64,000 nt of DNA from Neolewinella sp. (GCF_965214665.1 NZ_OZ243970.1:2640767-2704766), one strand, 5' to 3'; positions 32,840 through 43,178 are shown, counted from the first letter of the stretch. The notes: a model not told the origin generated them from the sequence alone. Program-made: numbers and translations.

Positions 32840-35800
32840 CTAGTAATTACTCCGGAAGAACTCATCGTAGCCGGCGAAAGAGCGGGCCTTGAGGATTTCG
32901 CGGTAGTTGGTCTGGGAGACGGGGTAAACTGTGAAGCGCAGGCCGCTATCCTGGAGGAATTCGTCCTGGTGCTTCTGGCTATTGCGGTAGTAGGCCTGGG
33001 CGTCCTGGCCGGTCTTGAAGCGGCGGAGGACCAGCACGGGGGTCTCGTTGTCCTGGCCGATGAAGATGGGCGTGGAGCGGAGGCGGTCGAGCTTGTGGTA
33101 CTTCTCGTTGTAGGTCTCGAGGCCACCCTTGAGCTCGTTGAGGGGGGCGTCGCGGTCATCGAAAACGACCAGGACGTAGTGAATCTCGTCCATGCTGGGG
33201 CGGAACTCGCCGGTGGCCCCACTGCTGGTAGCGCGTCCGGGCAGACGGGCGCTGTCCTCGCCGAGCAGGCGCAGGATCTCGCGGGCGCGGATCTGCTCGG
33301 GGCTGTTATCGTACTGGGCCACCAGCTGCTGGAGGGAGCTGATGTAGGCGGCGCGGCCCTCGAGCTTACCGGTGACCATGGCCTGGAGCAGGGCGTGACG
33401 GGCGCGCAGGGGGTCGCCCTCGGGCAGCTGCGGCAGGGCACCATTGATGAGTTGATTTGCCTGGGCGTAGTTACCCTGCTCGAAGGTGCGGTAGGCGAGC
33501 TCGTAGCGGCGGGTGCGCTCGCCGGCCTCGCCCACGAGTTGCCGGGCGTAATTGGGATCATTGGCCAGTTTGGCGAACTTGCTGTCGGGGTACTTGTCGG
33601 CCAGGCGGGCGGCGAAGCGCTGGGCGTCGGCGGCGTGGTTCTCGGCCTTGTGCAGGAGGTAGAGGTAGTACCAGCTTTCGGCTTCGTACTCGGAGCCGGG
33701 GAACTGCTCGTCGAGGGTTTCGAAGGCCTCGATGGCGCGGGCGTTGTTTTCTACGCGGTCGCGGTACTCGCGGCCCAGGGTGAAGTAGGCATCGGCGAGC
33801 TGGCCGCGCATGACGTCCTGGGTCTGCGGATCGGTGGGGATGTCGGCCAGGATGGCGTTGACCTCGTCCTCGGTCACCAGGGCAAGCTCGGCGTTGGACG
33901 GGGCACCGGGGGCGAGATTGTCGTCGGCGTCGGTGAAAAGGTTGGCGTCGGTGCGGTTACTGCGGCGCCAGTTGTCCTCCAGGGTGCGGTCGCCCCAGGT
34001 GCGGCTGAAGTCGCGGCTTCCCCGGCGGATGGCCTGGTTGTCGTAGCCCCAGAAGCTGCTACCGTTGAGGTTAGAGGCCGTAGCGGCGGGGTTATTGACG
34101 TTGATACTACCCTGGGTGGCGGGGGTGCTGAAGTTAGCGGCGGAGTTGGTGGCCCGCCGTAGCTCGAAGACCTCCTCGGCCCAGCGGCGGCGGTCGGCCT
34201 CGGGCAGGGTGCCGATGCGTAGAAGACTGTCCCTGAGGGTAATGTCTTCCAAGCTGCTGGCCACGCCGGTCAGACGGTCGCGGCGGTCATTGGTGTTGAG
34301 GTAGCGGCCATCGGTATCGGCCATGACCTGAAGCGTGCTATCGTAGTACAGCTTGGCGGGCAGGTAATCCTCCTCGCCGTAGGCCAGGTCGCCCAGGAGT
34401 TGGTAGGCCTCGATGCGGGTGGCGTCGCCGCCGTTGGGGCTGGCGAGGGCACGGCGCAGGTAGTCGGCACCGGCCCTATCGTCGCCGCTACGCATGGCGA
34501 TCCCGGCCATGGCGTAGAGGAGCTGGCTTTCGTACTCGAGATTTTTTTCCTCCTTGGTCATGCGCTCGAGCACGCGGAGGGCGTCGTCGGCGCTACCGCT
34601 CCCAGCCAGGTAGGCGTTCTGGGCGATGTTGATGCGGGCACCGAGCTCGAAGTCGTAGGCGGGCTTAGCGGCCACCACCTGCTCGAAGGCATTGAGGGCA
34701 GGACCGGGCTGGTTGAGCTCCTGGTAGAGTTGACCGGCGATGTAGTAGTAGCGGGCGCGCTCGTTGCGCTCCTCGGCTACCTCGGCAGCCGCTTCCAAGA
34801 AGGGGATGGCCTCCTCGGGCCGTTGCTGTTGGAGGAAGTAATAGGCCTGTACGGCGATGGCCAGCCGGCGCACCCGGGCGAAGGTACCGCGGTCGTTGCG
34901 CAGGTCGTCCAGGATGATCTGGGCACGGTCGAAGTTATCGCGCTTGATCAGGGTCCAGGCCAGCCAGAGGCGGATTTCCTGGTGGGCGGGGCGGTGCTTG
35001 AGGATATAGCTGCCGGACTTCTTGCCGTATTCGCCGCCATCGGCATCCTCTGCGTTGCGACCGCCAAAGATGGAGATCATGCCCACGGGGCCCTCCTCGG
35101 CCTCGGCGAAGAGGTCTTCCTCGGTGGGTTCGGGCTCGTTTTCGAGGCCTTCGAGCTGGGTAGAGTCGGCGGGGGTGATCTTGGTGGGGGTGCGGATGCC
35201 GCGTTTGCGGTTGCGGATCTTTTCCTTGCGTTCGCGTTCGCGCTCGCGCTGGGCTTCCTTGCGTTCCTTATCGCGCTGCTTGATGGTGCGCTGGCGTTCG
35301 CGCTGGGCCTCGCGGCGGGCGCGGAGGCGATCGCGCTGGCTCTGGGCCTCGTTGCTTTCTACCTCGCGGCGGCTTTCGAACTCCTCCTCGGTCTCGTCTT
35401 CCTCCTGTCCCTTCTTAAGTTTTTTCCGTTCGGGGCGGGGGCGGAACTCGGTGGCGGCGAAGTTGAGGGTGCGCTCGGCGCTTTCGTAATCCTGCTTGAT
35501 GAGCTGGGCCTGTCCGACCAGGAGGTAGCTATCGTCGGTCCAGTTGCTGTAGGGGTGCTTTTTGACCACGATGGCCACCTTTTCGATGGCGCGGTCGAGC
35601 TCCTCGGCTACCCCGGCGGTGTTATCGACGGCCAGGAAGGGGAACATCTCCAGTCGCTGGTTGTAGTTGTCGACGTGCTGCTCGTCGAGCACCAGCAGGG
35701 TCTCGTCGATGATCTCGCGGGCGTTGAAGTAGCCGTTGAAATGAGCGTTGGTATTGTGCCAGAGCTTAGCGATGACGCCCTGTTCTTCCCGGCTCTTGGT

Positions 35801-35869
35801 GGACGAACAGCCGACGAGGAGCAGCTGGAGGGCCAGTAGAAGAAGTACCGAACGCGTTAGCTTTTTCAA
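32840..35869 (-). CDS. TPR-repeat lipoprotein, possibly PorW/SprE-like (T9SS/gliding)
   Basis: Lipobox LLLVGCSS, then KLWHNTNAHFNGYFNA (compare SprE N-terminal FHALNTKYNVLYNG). Many TPR-like A/Y/L repeats across 1009 aa. The family assignment is tentative. Confidence 0.5.
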   Translation of the reverse strand: MKKLTRSVLLLLALQLLLVGCSSTKSREEQGVIAKLWHNTNAHFNGYFNAREIIDETLLVLDEQHVDNYNQRLEMFPFLAVDNTAGVAEELDRAIEKVAIVVKKHPYSNWTDDSYLLVGQAQLIKQDYESAERTLNFAATEFRPRPERKKLKKGQEEDETEEEFESRREVESNEAQSQRDRLRARREAQRERQRTIKQRDKERKEAQRERERERKEKIRNRKRGIRTPTKITPADSTQLEGLENEPEPTEEDLFAEAEEGPVGMISIFGGRNAEDADGGEYGKKSGSYILKHRPAHQEIRLWLAWTLIKRDNFDRAQIILDDLRNDRGTFARVRRLAIAVQAYYFLQQQRPEEAIPFLEAAAEVAEERNERARYYYIAGQLYQELNQPGPALNAFEQVVAAKPAYDFELGARINIAQNAYLAGSGSADDALRVLERMTKEEKNLEYESQLLYAMAGIAMRSGDDRAGADYLRRALASPNGGDATRIEAYQLLGDLAYGEEDYLPAKLYYDSTLQVMADTDGRYLNTNDRRDRLTGVASSLEDITLRDSLLRIGTLPEADRRRWAEEVFELRRATNSAANFSTPATQGSINVNNPAATASNLNGSSFWGYDNQAIRRGSRDFSRTWGDRTLEDNWRRSNRTDANLFTDADDNLAPGAPSNAELALVTEDEVNAILADIPTDPQTQDVMRGQLADAYFTLGREYRDRVENNARAIEAFETLDEQFPGSEYEAESWYYLYLLHKAENHAADAQRFAARLADKYPDSKFAKLANDPNYARQLVGEAGERTRRYELAYRTFEQGNYAQANQLINGALPQLPEGDPLRARHALLQAMVTGKLEGRAAYISSLQQLVAQYDNSPEQIRAREILRLLGEDSARLPGRATSSGATGEFRPSMDEIHYVLVVFDDRDAPLNELKGGLETYNEKYHKLDRLRSTPIFIGQDNETPVLVLRRFKTGQDAQAYYRNSQKHQDEFLQDSGLRFTVYPVSQTNYREILKARSFAGYDEFFRSNY

Positions 35870-35980
35870 ATCTTGGTAGTCTTAAGTGTCTGCCTTCCTC
35901 CGGCCGTATCTTTGCCCCCTTAGGGCAAACGTAGACAAAGGGCCAAAAAGTACCCGGTGGCGTGGCTTTAACATGACTTG

Positions 35981-36820
35981 ATGATGGATAACACTGCCAA
36001 GGAAAGCCGCTGGAATCGCCTGAAGCAAAGAAGCCGTGCGGAGTACCAACCGTTTATAAATGCGTACGCCCTGGTCTCCGTTGTGTTCGTGGTAGTGGTT
36101 TTGCTCCTACTCGTGACCCCGCTACGCCGCTACCTGCCCGGTTACAGCAACGTAGTCGAGCAGCAGGAACTGACCGAACTAGAACAAAGCCTAACGGAGC
36201 TGAGCGGCCTGGTCGAAAGCCAGCAGCTCTACATTGAGAACCTCAAACGGACCGTGCTGGGGAAGGCCATCACCGCCGACAGCCTGGAGGAGCCGGCCGA
36301 GGTAGTCCCCCGGCAGACCGTCACCGCCCTACCCCCCTCCGAGGCCGAGATCAAGCTGCGGCGCGAGATGGAGGAGCGGCGGCAGGGACAAAGCGGCGCG
36401 GGGCCCACGACGGTCCTACCGGCGGCGGGCGGTGAGGTTACCTCGCTGGCGCAGGTCTACCTCGTGGCTCCGGTCAACGGGGAGATCAGCGCCCCCTTCG
36501 ACCTGACGGCGGAGCACGCGGGGGTGGATATCCTGGCCCCCCAGCATACGGCCATCAAGTCGGTGCGGGCCGGGGTGGTCTTTATGTCGGAATTCACCAG
36601 CGCCAACGGCAACGTGATCGGCATCCAGCACGACCACAATCTGATCAGCTTCTATAAGCACAACGAGCAGTTGCTCAAGGAGGTGGGTGACCGGGTGCTA
36701 CAGGGGGAGGCAATCGCCATCATTGGGAATACCGGTACCCAGAGTACGGGGCCGCATTTGCACTTTGAGCTGTGGTACGATGGGCGGGCGGTGGATCCGG
36801 GGGAGTATGTGAGTTTTTAG
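35981..36820 (+). CDS. M23 family metallopeptidase
   Basis: N-terminal TM anchor, a coiled segment, then HAGVDILAP...GNTGTQSTGPHLHFELW (M23 HxxxD / HxH motifs). Confidence 0.85.
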   Translation: MMDNTAKESRWNRLKQRSRAEYQPFINAYALVSVVFVVVVLLLLVTPLRRYLPGYSNVVEQQELTELEQSLTELSGLVESQQLYIENLKRTVLGKAITADSLEEPAEVVPRQTVTALPPSEAEIKLRREMEERRQGQSGAGPTTVLPAAGGEVTSLAQVYLVAPVNGEISAPFDLTAEHAGVDILAPQHTAIKSVRAGVVFMSEFTSANGNVIGIQHDHNLISFYKHNEQLLKEVGDRVLQGEAIAIIGNTGTQSTGPHLHFELWYDGRAVDPGEYVSF

Positions 36821-36827
36821 CCTTAGT

Positions 36828-38846
36828 CTACAGGCACACATCTCGGTACTGCGCCGCCGATCGGGAGCCAAGTGCGGAGATCAGAGAGCCAAGCCAGTCG
36901 ATGGAATCGATCCGCGCCCCAAAGAAGGCAGCTCCCTGGACAGTGTGGTGGCCTGAGTCATAGAGGTACTTATCGAGCTCAACGTCGATGGCGTAGCACT
37001 CACCGGCAGGAGTGTTGCAGATATAGTCCATACGGTTGAGCGTCAGTACGTTAGCGTCTCTATACCGGTCGGCTACCCGCTGAAGTTCCCGGTGCGACCG
37101 TTCGATCTGCTGCTGGTGGGTGGCGTACTCCTCGAAGTAGGCCTGGTTGACGTGGGTGACCAGGCGTTCGATACCATTTCCATTGATAGACGGCTCATCC
37201 TGGTTGATCAAGAACTTTTGTAACATTTGGTCGGCCATGGTCTTATTGCCAAGGGTGGGAAACTGGAAGGTTTCCTGCACCAGTACGAGCAGCTTCTGGT
37301 CGCACACTAGGCGGCGAGTAACCTGTTCGAGCCTGGCAAGATCCTGTATACTGTAGCGGGAGGCGACCATAATGACGTCGGCCTGCCGGTAGTTAGGTGA
37401 CTCGTAAAAGGAGTGGTCGGACTGCGCTAATGCGCTGACCTGGACTCCGTAGCGTGCCAGCTGAAAGTGTTGCTCCGCCGTCGCGCTGGCAAGTAGGGTG
37501 TTGTAGACGTCTTTGGAGTGGGAGTTGCCGATGACCAGCACCTTGAGGCGGTCCTGTTCGGGTTGAAACCAGAGGGCGTTATCGGAGGCATTTTTCTCTA
37601 TCTGGTAGGCTGCGGTCTTCATGCGACCCTGCAGGTTTACCCAGCTCTGCTGCCGCAGGATACTGTTATCGGGCTGGTAGTTTCTTACCTGTAGCACCCT
37701 GACGGCGTCGCGCTGGGGGAACCCTCTGGTTAGGTGTCCGGCTACCCCCAGGCCGGCAAAGAACAGCGAGCCGACGGCGGCCAGGGTAAAGATGGTACGG
37801 CGGCCGTAGCGGCCTTTGTCGCGGAACGGATTTTCGACGTACTTCCAGCTCAGGTAGGACAGGGGTAAGACAAGCGCGCTTAGCCCTAGCATCAGAAGCG
37901 GAGTGGGCTCCTCTAGACTATGCTGACGCGTGAAGGCAAAGAGGGGTTGGTGCCACAGGTAGGCGCTATAGCTGATGAGTCCGATGGTGACTGCCGGTCG
38001 TAAACTGAGCAGGCGACCGACCCACGTCAGGGGCGAGGCAAAGACGATGATACCGGCCGCCCCTAGGGTAGGAACAAGGGCGTAGAGCCCCGGGAAGGGG
38101 TTGGCCTCATCAAAACAAAATACACTGTACAGGATGGCGGCTAGTCCTAAACTGGACAGTAGCTCATTGCGCCGCCGGTTACTGACCAGGGCGGCTGCCA
38201 GCCCCGGCTGCTGGGTGGATAGGAAGGAAATAGACGCCCCGATAGCAAGCTCCCAGCCCCGGGTGGGGAGCAGGTAAAAGGCGGCATCTGGGAACCGGGT
38301 TGTACCCCACTGCGCTAGGATCAGGCTAAGGGTAGCCGAGACCAGTAGCAGGGGAAAGGCCCACTGCCGTCCAATACGCCGCCACATGAGCATCAGGAAC
38401 AACGGGAAGAGTACGTAGTACTGCTCCTCTACGGCTAAGGTCCAGGTATGGAGTAGCGGCTTGAGCTCGCTTGACGTATCCCAGTACCCTGCCTCCAGCC
38501 AGAAGAGGATGTTAGAGGCGTAGGTGGACACCGCCACGAGGCTCTGGGCGTAGTCCATCATATCGGAAGGCATCAGCCAGGCCCAGGCAAAGGGCAGGGT
38601 GACGGCCATCACCGTAAACAGGGCGGGCAGGATACGGCGGGCGCGTTTTTCGTAGAAGGTGATCAGCGAAAAGGTACCCGCATCGAGCTGCCGACATAGG
38701 ATACCGGTGATGAGGTAGCCGCTGAGGACGAAGAAAATGTCTACTCCCACGAAGCCCCCCCCAAAGAGCGAAAAGCCAGCGTGGAACAGGATAACGGGTA
38801 CAACGGCTACCGCCCGTAGCCCGTCTAATTCGGGTCTGTATTTCAT
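36828..38846 (-). CDS. Acyltransferase family 3 (OafA/YrhL-like) with a C-terminal SGNH-like domain
   Basis: YRPELDGLRAVAVVPVILFHAG opening motif, about 10 TM helices, and a soluble C-terminal domain of about 280 aa (VIGNSHSKD). Confidence 0.8.
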   Translation of the reverse strand: MKYRPELDGLRAVAVVPVILFHAGFSLFGGGFVGVDIFFVLSGYLITGILCRQLDAGTFSLITFYEKRARRILPALFTVMAVTLPFAWAWLMPSDMMDYAQSLVAVSTYASNILFWLEAGYWDTSSELKPLLHTWTLAVEEQYYVLFPLFLMLMWRRIGRQWAFPLLLVSATLSLILAQWGTTRFPDAAFYLLPTRGWELAIGASISFLSTQQPGLAAALVSNRRRNELLSSLGLAAILYSVFCFDEANPFPGLYALVPTLGAAGIIVFASPLTWVGRLLSLRPAVTIGLISYSAYLWHQPLFAFTRQHSLEEPTPLLMLGLSALVLPLSYLSWKYVENPFRDKGRYGRRTIFTLAAVGSLFFAGLGVAGHLTRGFPQRDAVRVLQVRNYQPDNSILRQQSWVNLQGRMKTAAYQIEKNASDNALWFQPEQDRLKVLVIGNSHSKDVYNTLLASATAEQHFQLARYGVQVSALAQSDHSFYESPNYRQADVIMVASRYSIQDLARLEQVTRRLVCDQKLLVLVQETFQFPTLGNKTMADQMLQKFLINQDEPSINGNGIERLVTHVNQAYFEEYATHQQQIERSHRELQRVADRYRDANVLTLNRMDYICNTPAGECYAIDVELDKYLYDSGHHTVQGAAFFGARIDSIDWLGSLISALGSRSAAQYRDVCL

Positions 38847-39138
38847 GAGAAGGTATCGTGCTGCCGCGCCTAAGCCTATGCGACAGGGTATAACTGATTG
38901 GGATTAGCGTAAGCCACAAATATGGTTACGAAAAAAAGCCTCAACGAGGATGTTTAAAGCCAAATATTGCTATTTCTTTTTGTCGCTTCTAACCCATACG
39001 CGGTAGGCAATATTGCCACGCAACCGTAGTTTGGGGTCTCCACTGGCTCTCAACTTGCTAAGCACGCGACCGCACCCACACCATAAGCCGAGTCACAATA
39101 GGCGGGCGGTGGACCCGCGGGCGTACATTAGCTTCTAG

Positions 39139-40590
39139 ATGCTATTCAACTCACTAGATTTTTGCATCTTCCTACCGCTGGTGTTCCTGCTACACTGGTA
39201 CCTGATGCGACACAGCCTGCGGGGCCAAAACGCGCTGATTGTAGGGGCCAGTTACGTGTTTTACGGCTGGTGGGACTGGCGCTTCCTGGGGCTTATCCTG
39301 GCTAGCACCGTGGTCGACTATTGGGTAGCGCAGCGTATTACCGCCAGTGCCGGGACCCGCCGGCGGCAGAAGGTGTACCTCGCGCTTAGCATCGCGGTGA
39401 ATCTGGGCGTGCTGGGCTACTTTAAGTACGCCGATTTCTTCGTGGCCTCCTTTGCCGATGCCTTTACGCTGCTGGGTCGTCCCTTCGCCTACGCAACGCT
39501 GGGGATCGTACTACCGGTGGGCATTAGTTTTTACACCTTTCAGACCCTGAGCTACTCCATCGACGTATACCGCGGTAAGCTGACCGCAAGCAGTGACTTC
39601 GTGGCCTTCGCCGCCTACGTCAGTTTTTTTCCGCAATTGGTAGCCGGGCCCATCGAGCGGGCTACGCGCCTACTACCGCAGTTCGACCGGCTACGGGTCT
39701 TCTCCTACAAGCAGGCCGTGTACGGGGGAAAACAGATACTGTGGGGGCTCTTCAAAAAGATGGTCGTGGCGGACAACTGCGCCGTGGTGGTCAACGACAT
39801 ATTTGCCGACCCGGGGGCCTATCCCGGCAGCACCCTCCTGCTGGCTGCGGTACTGTTCGCGTTTCAGATCTACGGCGACTTTTCGGGTTATTCTGACATT
39901 GCCATTGGTACGGCACGGCTCTTCGGCGTGGAACTGATGCGCAATTTTACCTACCCCTACTTTGCGCGCGACGTAGCGGAATTTTGGCGGCGGTGGCACA
40001 TCTCGCTGTCGACCTGGTTTCGGGACTACCTGTACATTCCTCTAGGAGGTAGCCGGGGAACGCGGGTGCAAGCGGTCAGAAATACCGCCATTATCTTCCT
40101 GGTGAGCGGGCTATGGCACGGGGCGAACTGGACCTTCGTGGTATGGGGAGCCCTACACGCCCTGTACTTTCTACCTCTGCTGCTGACGGGGCGCAACCGG
40201 CGCTATACGGAAATCGTAGCCGCCGACGGAGGCCTACCCACCTGGCGGGAACTGTGGGGCATGGTAACTACTTTTTCCCTGGTGACGGTGGCCTGGGTAT
40301 TTTTCCGGGCGGATAGCGTAGGGGAAGCCTGGCAGTACTTGCAGCGAATGTTTTCGATCTCCTTATTTTCCGAACCGGTGTTCTCTGGGCGGCTCGACGC
40401 CCTGGTGACGGTAGGCTTCGTGCTGCTGATGGTAGCGGTGGAATACTGGGGGCGGCGGCTGGAGGTTCCCCTGGTAAAGGTAGAGGGGCTATTGCCGCAG
40501 TGGATTCAGGTGGTGTTCTACTACGGTTTTGCCATTTTCGTACTACTCGGGGCGGGCCGGGAGCAGGCCTTTATTTACTTTCAATTTTAA
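39139..40590 (+). CDS. MBOAT family O-acyltransferase (AlgI/DltB-like)
   Basis: MLFNSLDFCIFLP..., FYTFQTLSYSIDVYRG, FWRRWHISLSTWFRDYLYIPLGGSRG and SGLWHGANW (catalytic His context). Confidence 0.85.
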   Translation: MLFNSLDFCIFLPLVFLLHWYLMRHSLRGQNALIVGASYVFYGWWDWRFLGLILASTVVDYWVAQRITASAGTRRRQKVYLALSIAVNLGVLGYFKYADFFVASFADAFTLLGRPFAYATLGIVLPVGISFYTFQTLSYSIDVYRGKLTASSDFVAFAAYVSFFPQLVAGPIERATRLLPQFDRLRVFSYKQAVYGGKQILWGLFKKMVVADNCAVVVNDIFADPGAYPGSTLLLAAVLFAFQIYGDFSGYSDIAIGTARLFGVELMRNFTYPYFARDVAEFWRRWHISLSTWFRDYLYIPLGGSRGTRVQAVRNTAIIFLVSGLWHGANWTFVVWGALHALYFLPLLLTGRNRRYTEIVAADGGLPTWRELWGMVTTFSLVTVAWVFFRADSVGEAWQYLQRMFSISLFSEPVFSGRLDALVTVGFVLLMVAVEYWGRRLEVPLVKVEGLLPQWIQVVFYYGFAIFVLLGAGREQAFIYFQF

Positions 40591-40599
40591 GTCGGCGAC

Positions 40600-41541
40600 A
40601 TGAGTCCACTTTCGCGATTCCTACTGCTCTGGGCGGGGTTAGCGGTCGTCACGGCGGCGGCGCTGTACGCAGTGTTTCTGCAGGCGGATGGGTACGCCGA
40701 TCCCTACTACCTGCGGTTCACCACGCCCCCCCAGCGGTCGTTGATCCTGGGTACCTCGCGGGCGGCGCAGGGGATACAGCCGGCGGTACTGGGCGAGGTG
40801 CTCGGGCGGAACGATCTGTACAATTTCGCCTTCACCATTGGCACCTCTCCTTACGGACCAGACTACAATGAGCTCATTCGGCGCAAGCTAGCGGACGGGA
40901 CAGATGGCAATGCCGTGTTCATCCTGGCCGTCGATCCGTGGAGTCTGTCGGTGTCCTGCCCTACCGGACCGGATAGCCTATGCCTGGAAGAACGCGACCG
41001 CTTTACCGGTCAACTCAAGACCGTGTCGCGTAAGCCCAACTTCGAATACCTACTAAATTATTACGGCTCACCCTATTACCGCCTCCTACTACCCACTTCC
41101 CGCGAGATCGAGCTACAGGATGACGGTTGGCTACAGGTAAACGTACAGATCAGCGCGGCAAAATTTGTGGCTAACCGCGAGGAAAAATTGATCCCTTACC
41201 GGCGATACGCCAAGCGGTGGCGGTTGTCTGACTATCGGTTACGGTACCTCAAGCGGCTTATCGCACAATTGCGGGAGCGGGGGCAGGTGTGCCTCGTACG
41301 CCTTCCGGTCGATCTGGAGATGTTCGCCCTGGAAGAGGAGTACGCGCCCGGCTTCAGTGACTTGGCGCGGCGGTGGGCGGTGGAAACGGGTGCGCCGTTC
41401 TTAGATCTTACGGCAGACAACGCAGCTTACCGGACGCTGGACGGACAGCACCTGGAGCAGACCTCGGGGCGGCGGGTCAGTCGTGTTATTGGGGAGTGGA
41501 TGCTAAAGGAGAGCGACCGGACGCTCAAAGGTCCTAGCTGA
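40600..41541 (+). CDS. Hypothetical membrane-anchored protein; possible DltD/SGNH-like partner of the MBOAT
   Basis: N-terminal TM helix, then SLILGTSRAAQGI (DltD-like GxS block). It starts 9 nt after the MBOAT stop. The functional call is weak. Confidence 0.45.
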   Translation: MSPLSRFLLLWAGLAVVTAAALYAVFLQADGYADPYYLRFTTPPQRSLILGTSRAAQGIQPAVLGEVLGRNDLYNFAFTIGTSPYGPDYNELIRRKLADGTDGNAVFILAVDPWSLSVSCPTGPDSLCLEERDRFTGQLKTVSRKPNFEYLLNYYGSPYYRLLLPTSREIELQDDGWLQVNVQISAAKFVANREEKLIPYRRYAKRWRLSDYRLRYLKRLIAQLRERGQVCLVRLPVDLEMFALEEEYAPGFSDLARRWAVETGAPFLDLTADNAAYRTLDGQHLEQTSGRRVSRVIGEWMLKESDRTLKGPS

Positions 41542-41546
41542 TAAGG

Positions 41547-43178
41547 TTAGTTGAGGAGGTTGTAGAGGAGCTGCACCGCCAGGATCTTACCGATCAGCAC
41601 TACCGGCAGCATCCGCGTGTAGCCGATGGCGGGGTACTTATTGCCGGCCTGCTCAATAGCAAACTCGAGCACGGCGGGCTGGGAGCCTACCATGCCGCCC
41701 AGAAAACTAAAGGGAATGCGCAGGATGCGGTAGCCGATCACGATGGTGGCGGTCGTAGTGACAAGCGCGATGACGCCGCCGGCCAGAAAAAGCTTGAGGC
41801 CCAGATCGGTCTGGAGGGTCTGGTAGAAGGTCTGACCGGAGCGGATGCCGATGCCCGCCAGGAGGAAGATGAGGCCGAGCTGGCGTAGGGTGAGGTTGGC
41901 CCCGTAGGGCAGCGTCCAGACAATGGGGCCGGTGCGGCGGAGCTGACCGAGTAGCAGGGCGACAATGAGCGGCCCACCGGCGAACCCCAGGCTGAAGGAG
42001 TACCCGCCGGGTAGGGCAAAGGTGACCATGCCGAGCAGCAACCCCAGGGTGATGCCGAGCCCGAAGGAGAAGAGATTGATGCGTGAGAGGGCCTCGTAGC
42101 TGTTGCCGAACATCCGAAAGACCTCCGGCAGGTCGTCGCGGTGGGCCACTAGCAGGATGCGGTCACCGAGCTCCAGGACGGTATCGCCGCTGGCCAGCAG
42201 GTCCATATCGCCACGCTGCACGCGGGTGATGAGGACATTGAACTTTTCCTGCAGGTTGAGCGAGGCGATGGACTTACCGGCGATGGCGTCGTTGGAAACG
42301 AAGATGCGGCGCACGTCGAAGACCGAGCGGTCGTGGTTGAGCTGTCCCTCGGCCGGGGGGCCTACGAAGGTAGCCGCCTCCCGAATGGCCTCCTCGGAGC
42401 CGACAAGCACGATGAGGTCACCGTGGACCGGGCAGGTATCCCAGGTAGTGAGGGTGGTACGGCCCTCGTGGGAGCTCCGACCAAAGGCAATGCTAACCGG
42501 GTGTTGCTGCCGCCATTCACGGATGGTGCGGTCCACCAGGTCGGGATGCTCCACGCGGAAGGTGCGGCTGATGAGCTCCTCGCCCATGGGGTAGTCCTTC
42601 TGTAGCCGACGAAACTCCTCCCGGTAATCGATTTTGTACAGCCGCTGTAGGATGAAGAGTCCGAGCATGACGCCCAGCACCCCGAGGGGATAAGCCAGGG
42701 AGTAGCCTACGACAGCCTGCTGGCTCACTGCATCCTGCGTCCCCGCCCCCACACTTTTTTGGATGGCGTCGAGCAGTCCGGCCAGGGCGGGGGTATTGGT
42801 ACTGGCCCCGGCGTAGAGCCCGCCGGTGGTAGCCGCACCGAAGCCGAGCCACACCCCGATGCCGTAGGCCAGCGCCGCCGAGAGCAGGATGGTGCCTAGG
42901 GCGAAGTAGATGTCGCGAAAGCCGTTGCGCCGAAAGCTGGCGAAGAAGGCCGGGGCGGAACTTAATCCCACCGTATACACAAAGATCGCCAGGCCCAGAA
43001 ACACGATCAACTGCGGCACCTCCAGCCGCGGATCGAGCGCCCCAAAGCCCAACCCCACGAAGAGCACGGCGGCCACCCCGAGTTTGAAGCCCCGGATCTT
43101 GATCTCGCCGAGGCCGTAGCCAAGGGCCATGACGGTGAAGAGGAGGAGGAGGGGGGAGGTGGTTAGGAGGTCGATCAT
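41547..43178 (-). CDS. AspT/YidE/YbjL family transporter (aspartate:alanine exchanger family) with central TrkA-C-like domains
   Basis: MIDLLTTSPLLLLFTVMALGYGLGEIKIRGFKLGVAAVLFVGL. Duplicated membrane halves flank two soluble RCK-C-like segments. Confidence 0.8.
   Translation of the reverse strand: MIDLLTTSPLLLLFTVMALGYGLGEIKIRGFKLGVAAVLFVGLGFGALDPRLEVPQLIVFLGLAIFVYTVGLSSAPAFFASFRRNGFRDIYFALGTILLSAALAYGIGVWLGFGAATTGGLYAGASTNTPALAGLLDAIQKSVGAGTQDAVSQQAVVGYSLAYPLGVLGVMLGLFILQRLYKIDYREEFRRLQKDYPMGEELISRTFRVEHPDLVDRTIREWRQQHPVSIAFGRSSHEGRTTLTTWDTCPVHGDLIVLVGSEEAIREAATFVGPPAEGQLNHDRSVFDVRRIFVSNDAIAGKSIASLNLQEKFNVLITRVQRGDMDLLASGDTVLELGDRILLVAHRDDLPEVFRMFGNSYEALSRINLFSFGLGITLGLLLGMVTFALPGGYSFSLGFAGGPLIVALLLGQLRRTGPIVWTLPYGANLTLRQLGLIFLLAGIGIRSGQTFYQTLQTDLGLKLFLAGGVIALVTTTATIVIGYRILRIPFSFLGGMVGSQPAVLEFAIEQAGNKYPAIGYTRMLPVVLIGKILAVQLLYNLLN

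Noticed and set aside
32750-35839. Two very long plus-strand ORFs (470 aa at 32750-34162 and 479 aa at 34400-35839) antisense to the TPR lipoprotein gene
   Set aside because: Their translations are low-complexity G/A/V/L-rich strings with no recognisable motifs. Such stop-free antisense frames are expected opposite genuine genes in high-GC DNA. The minus-strand product has a lipobox and TPR repeats and is clearly the real gene.
38959-39017. A 12-bp palindrome GGCAATATTGCC (39006-39017) and the related GCCAAATATTGC (38959-38970) in the divergent region between the two O-acyltransferase systems
   Set aside because: These are short AT-rich palindromes in a promoter region and could arise by chance. 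No regulator gene is adjacent, and I cannot test genome-wide enrichment.
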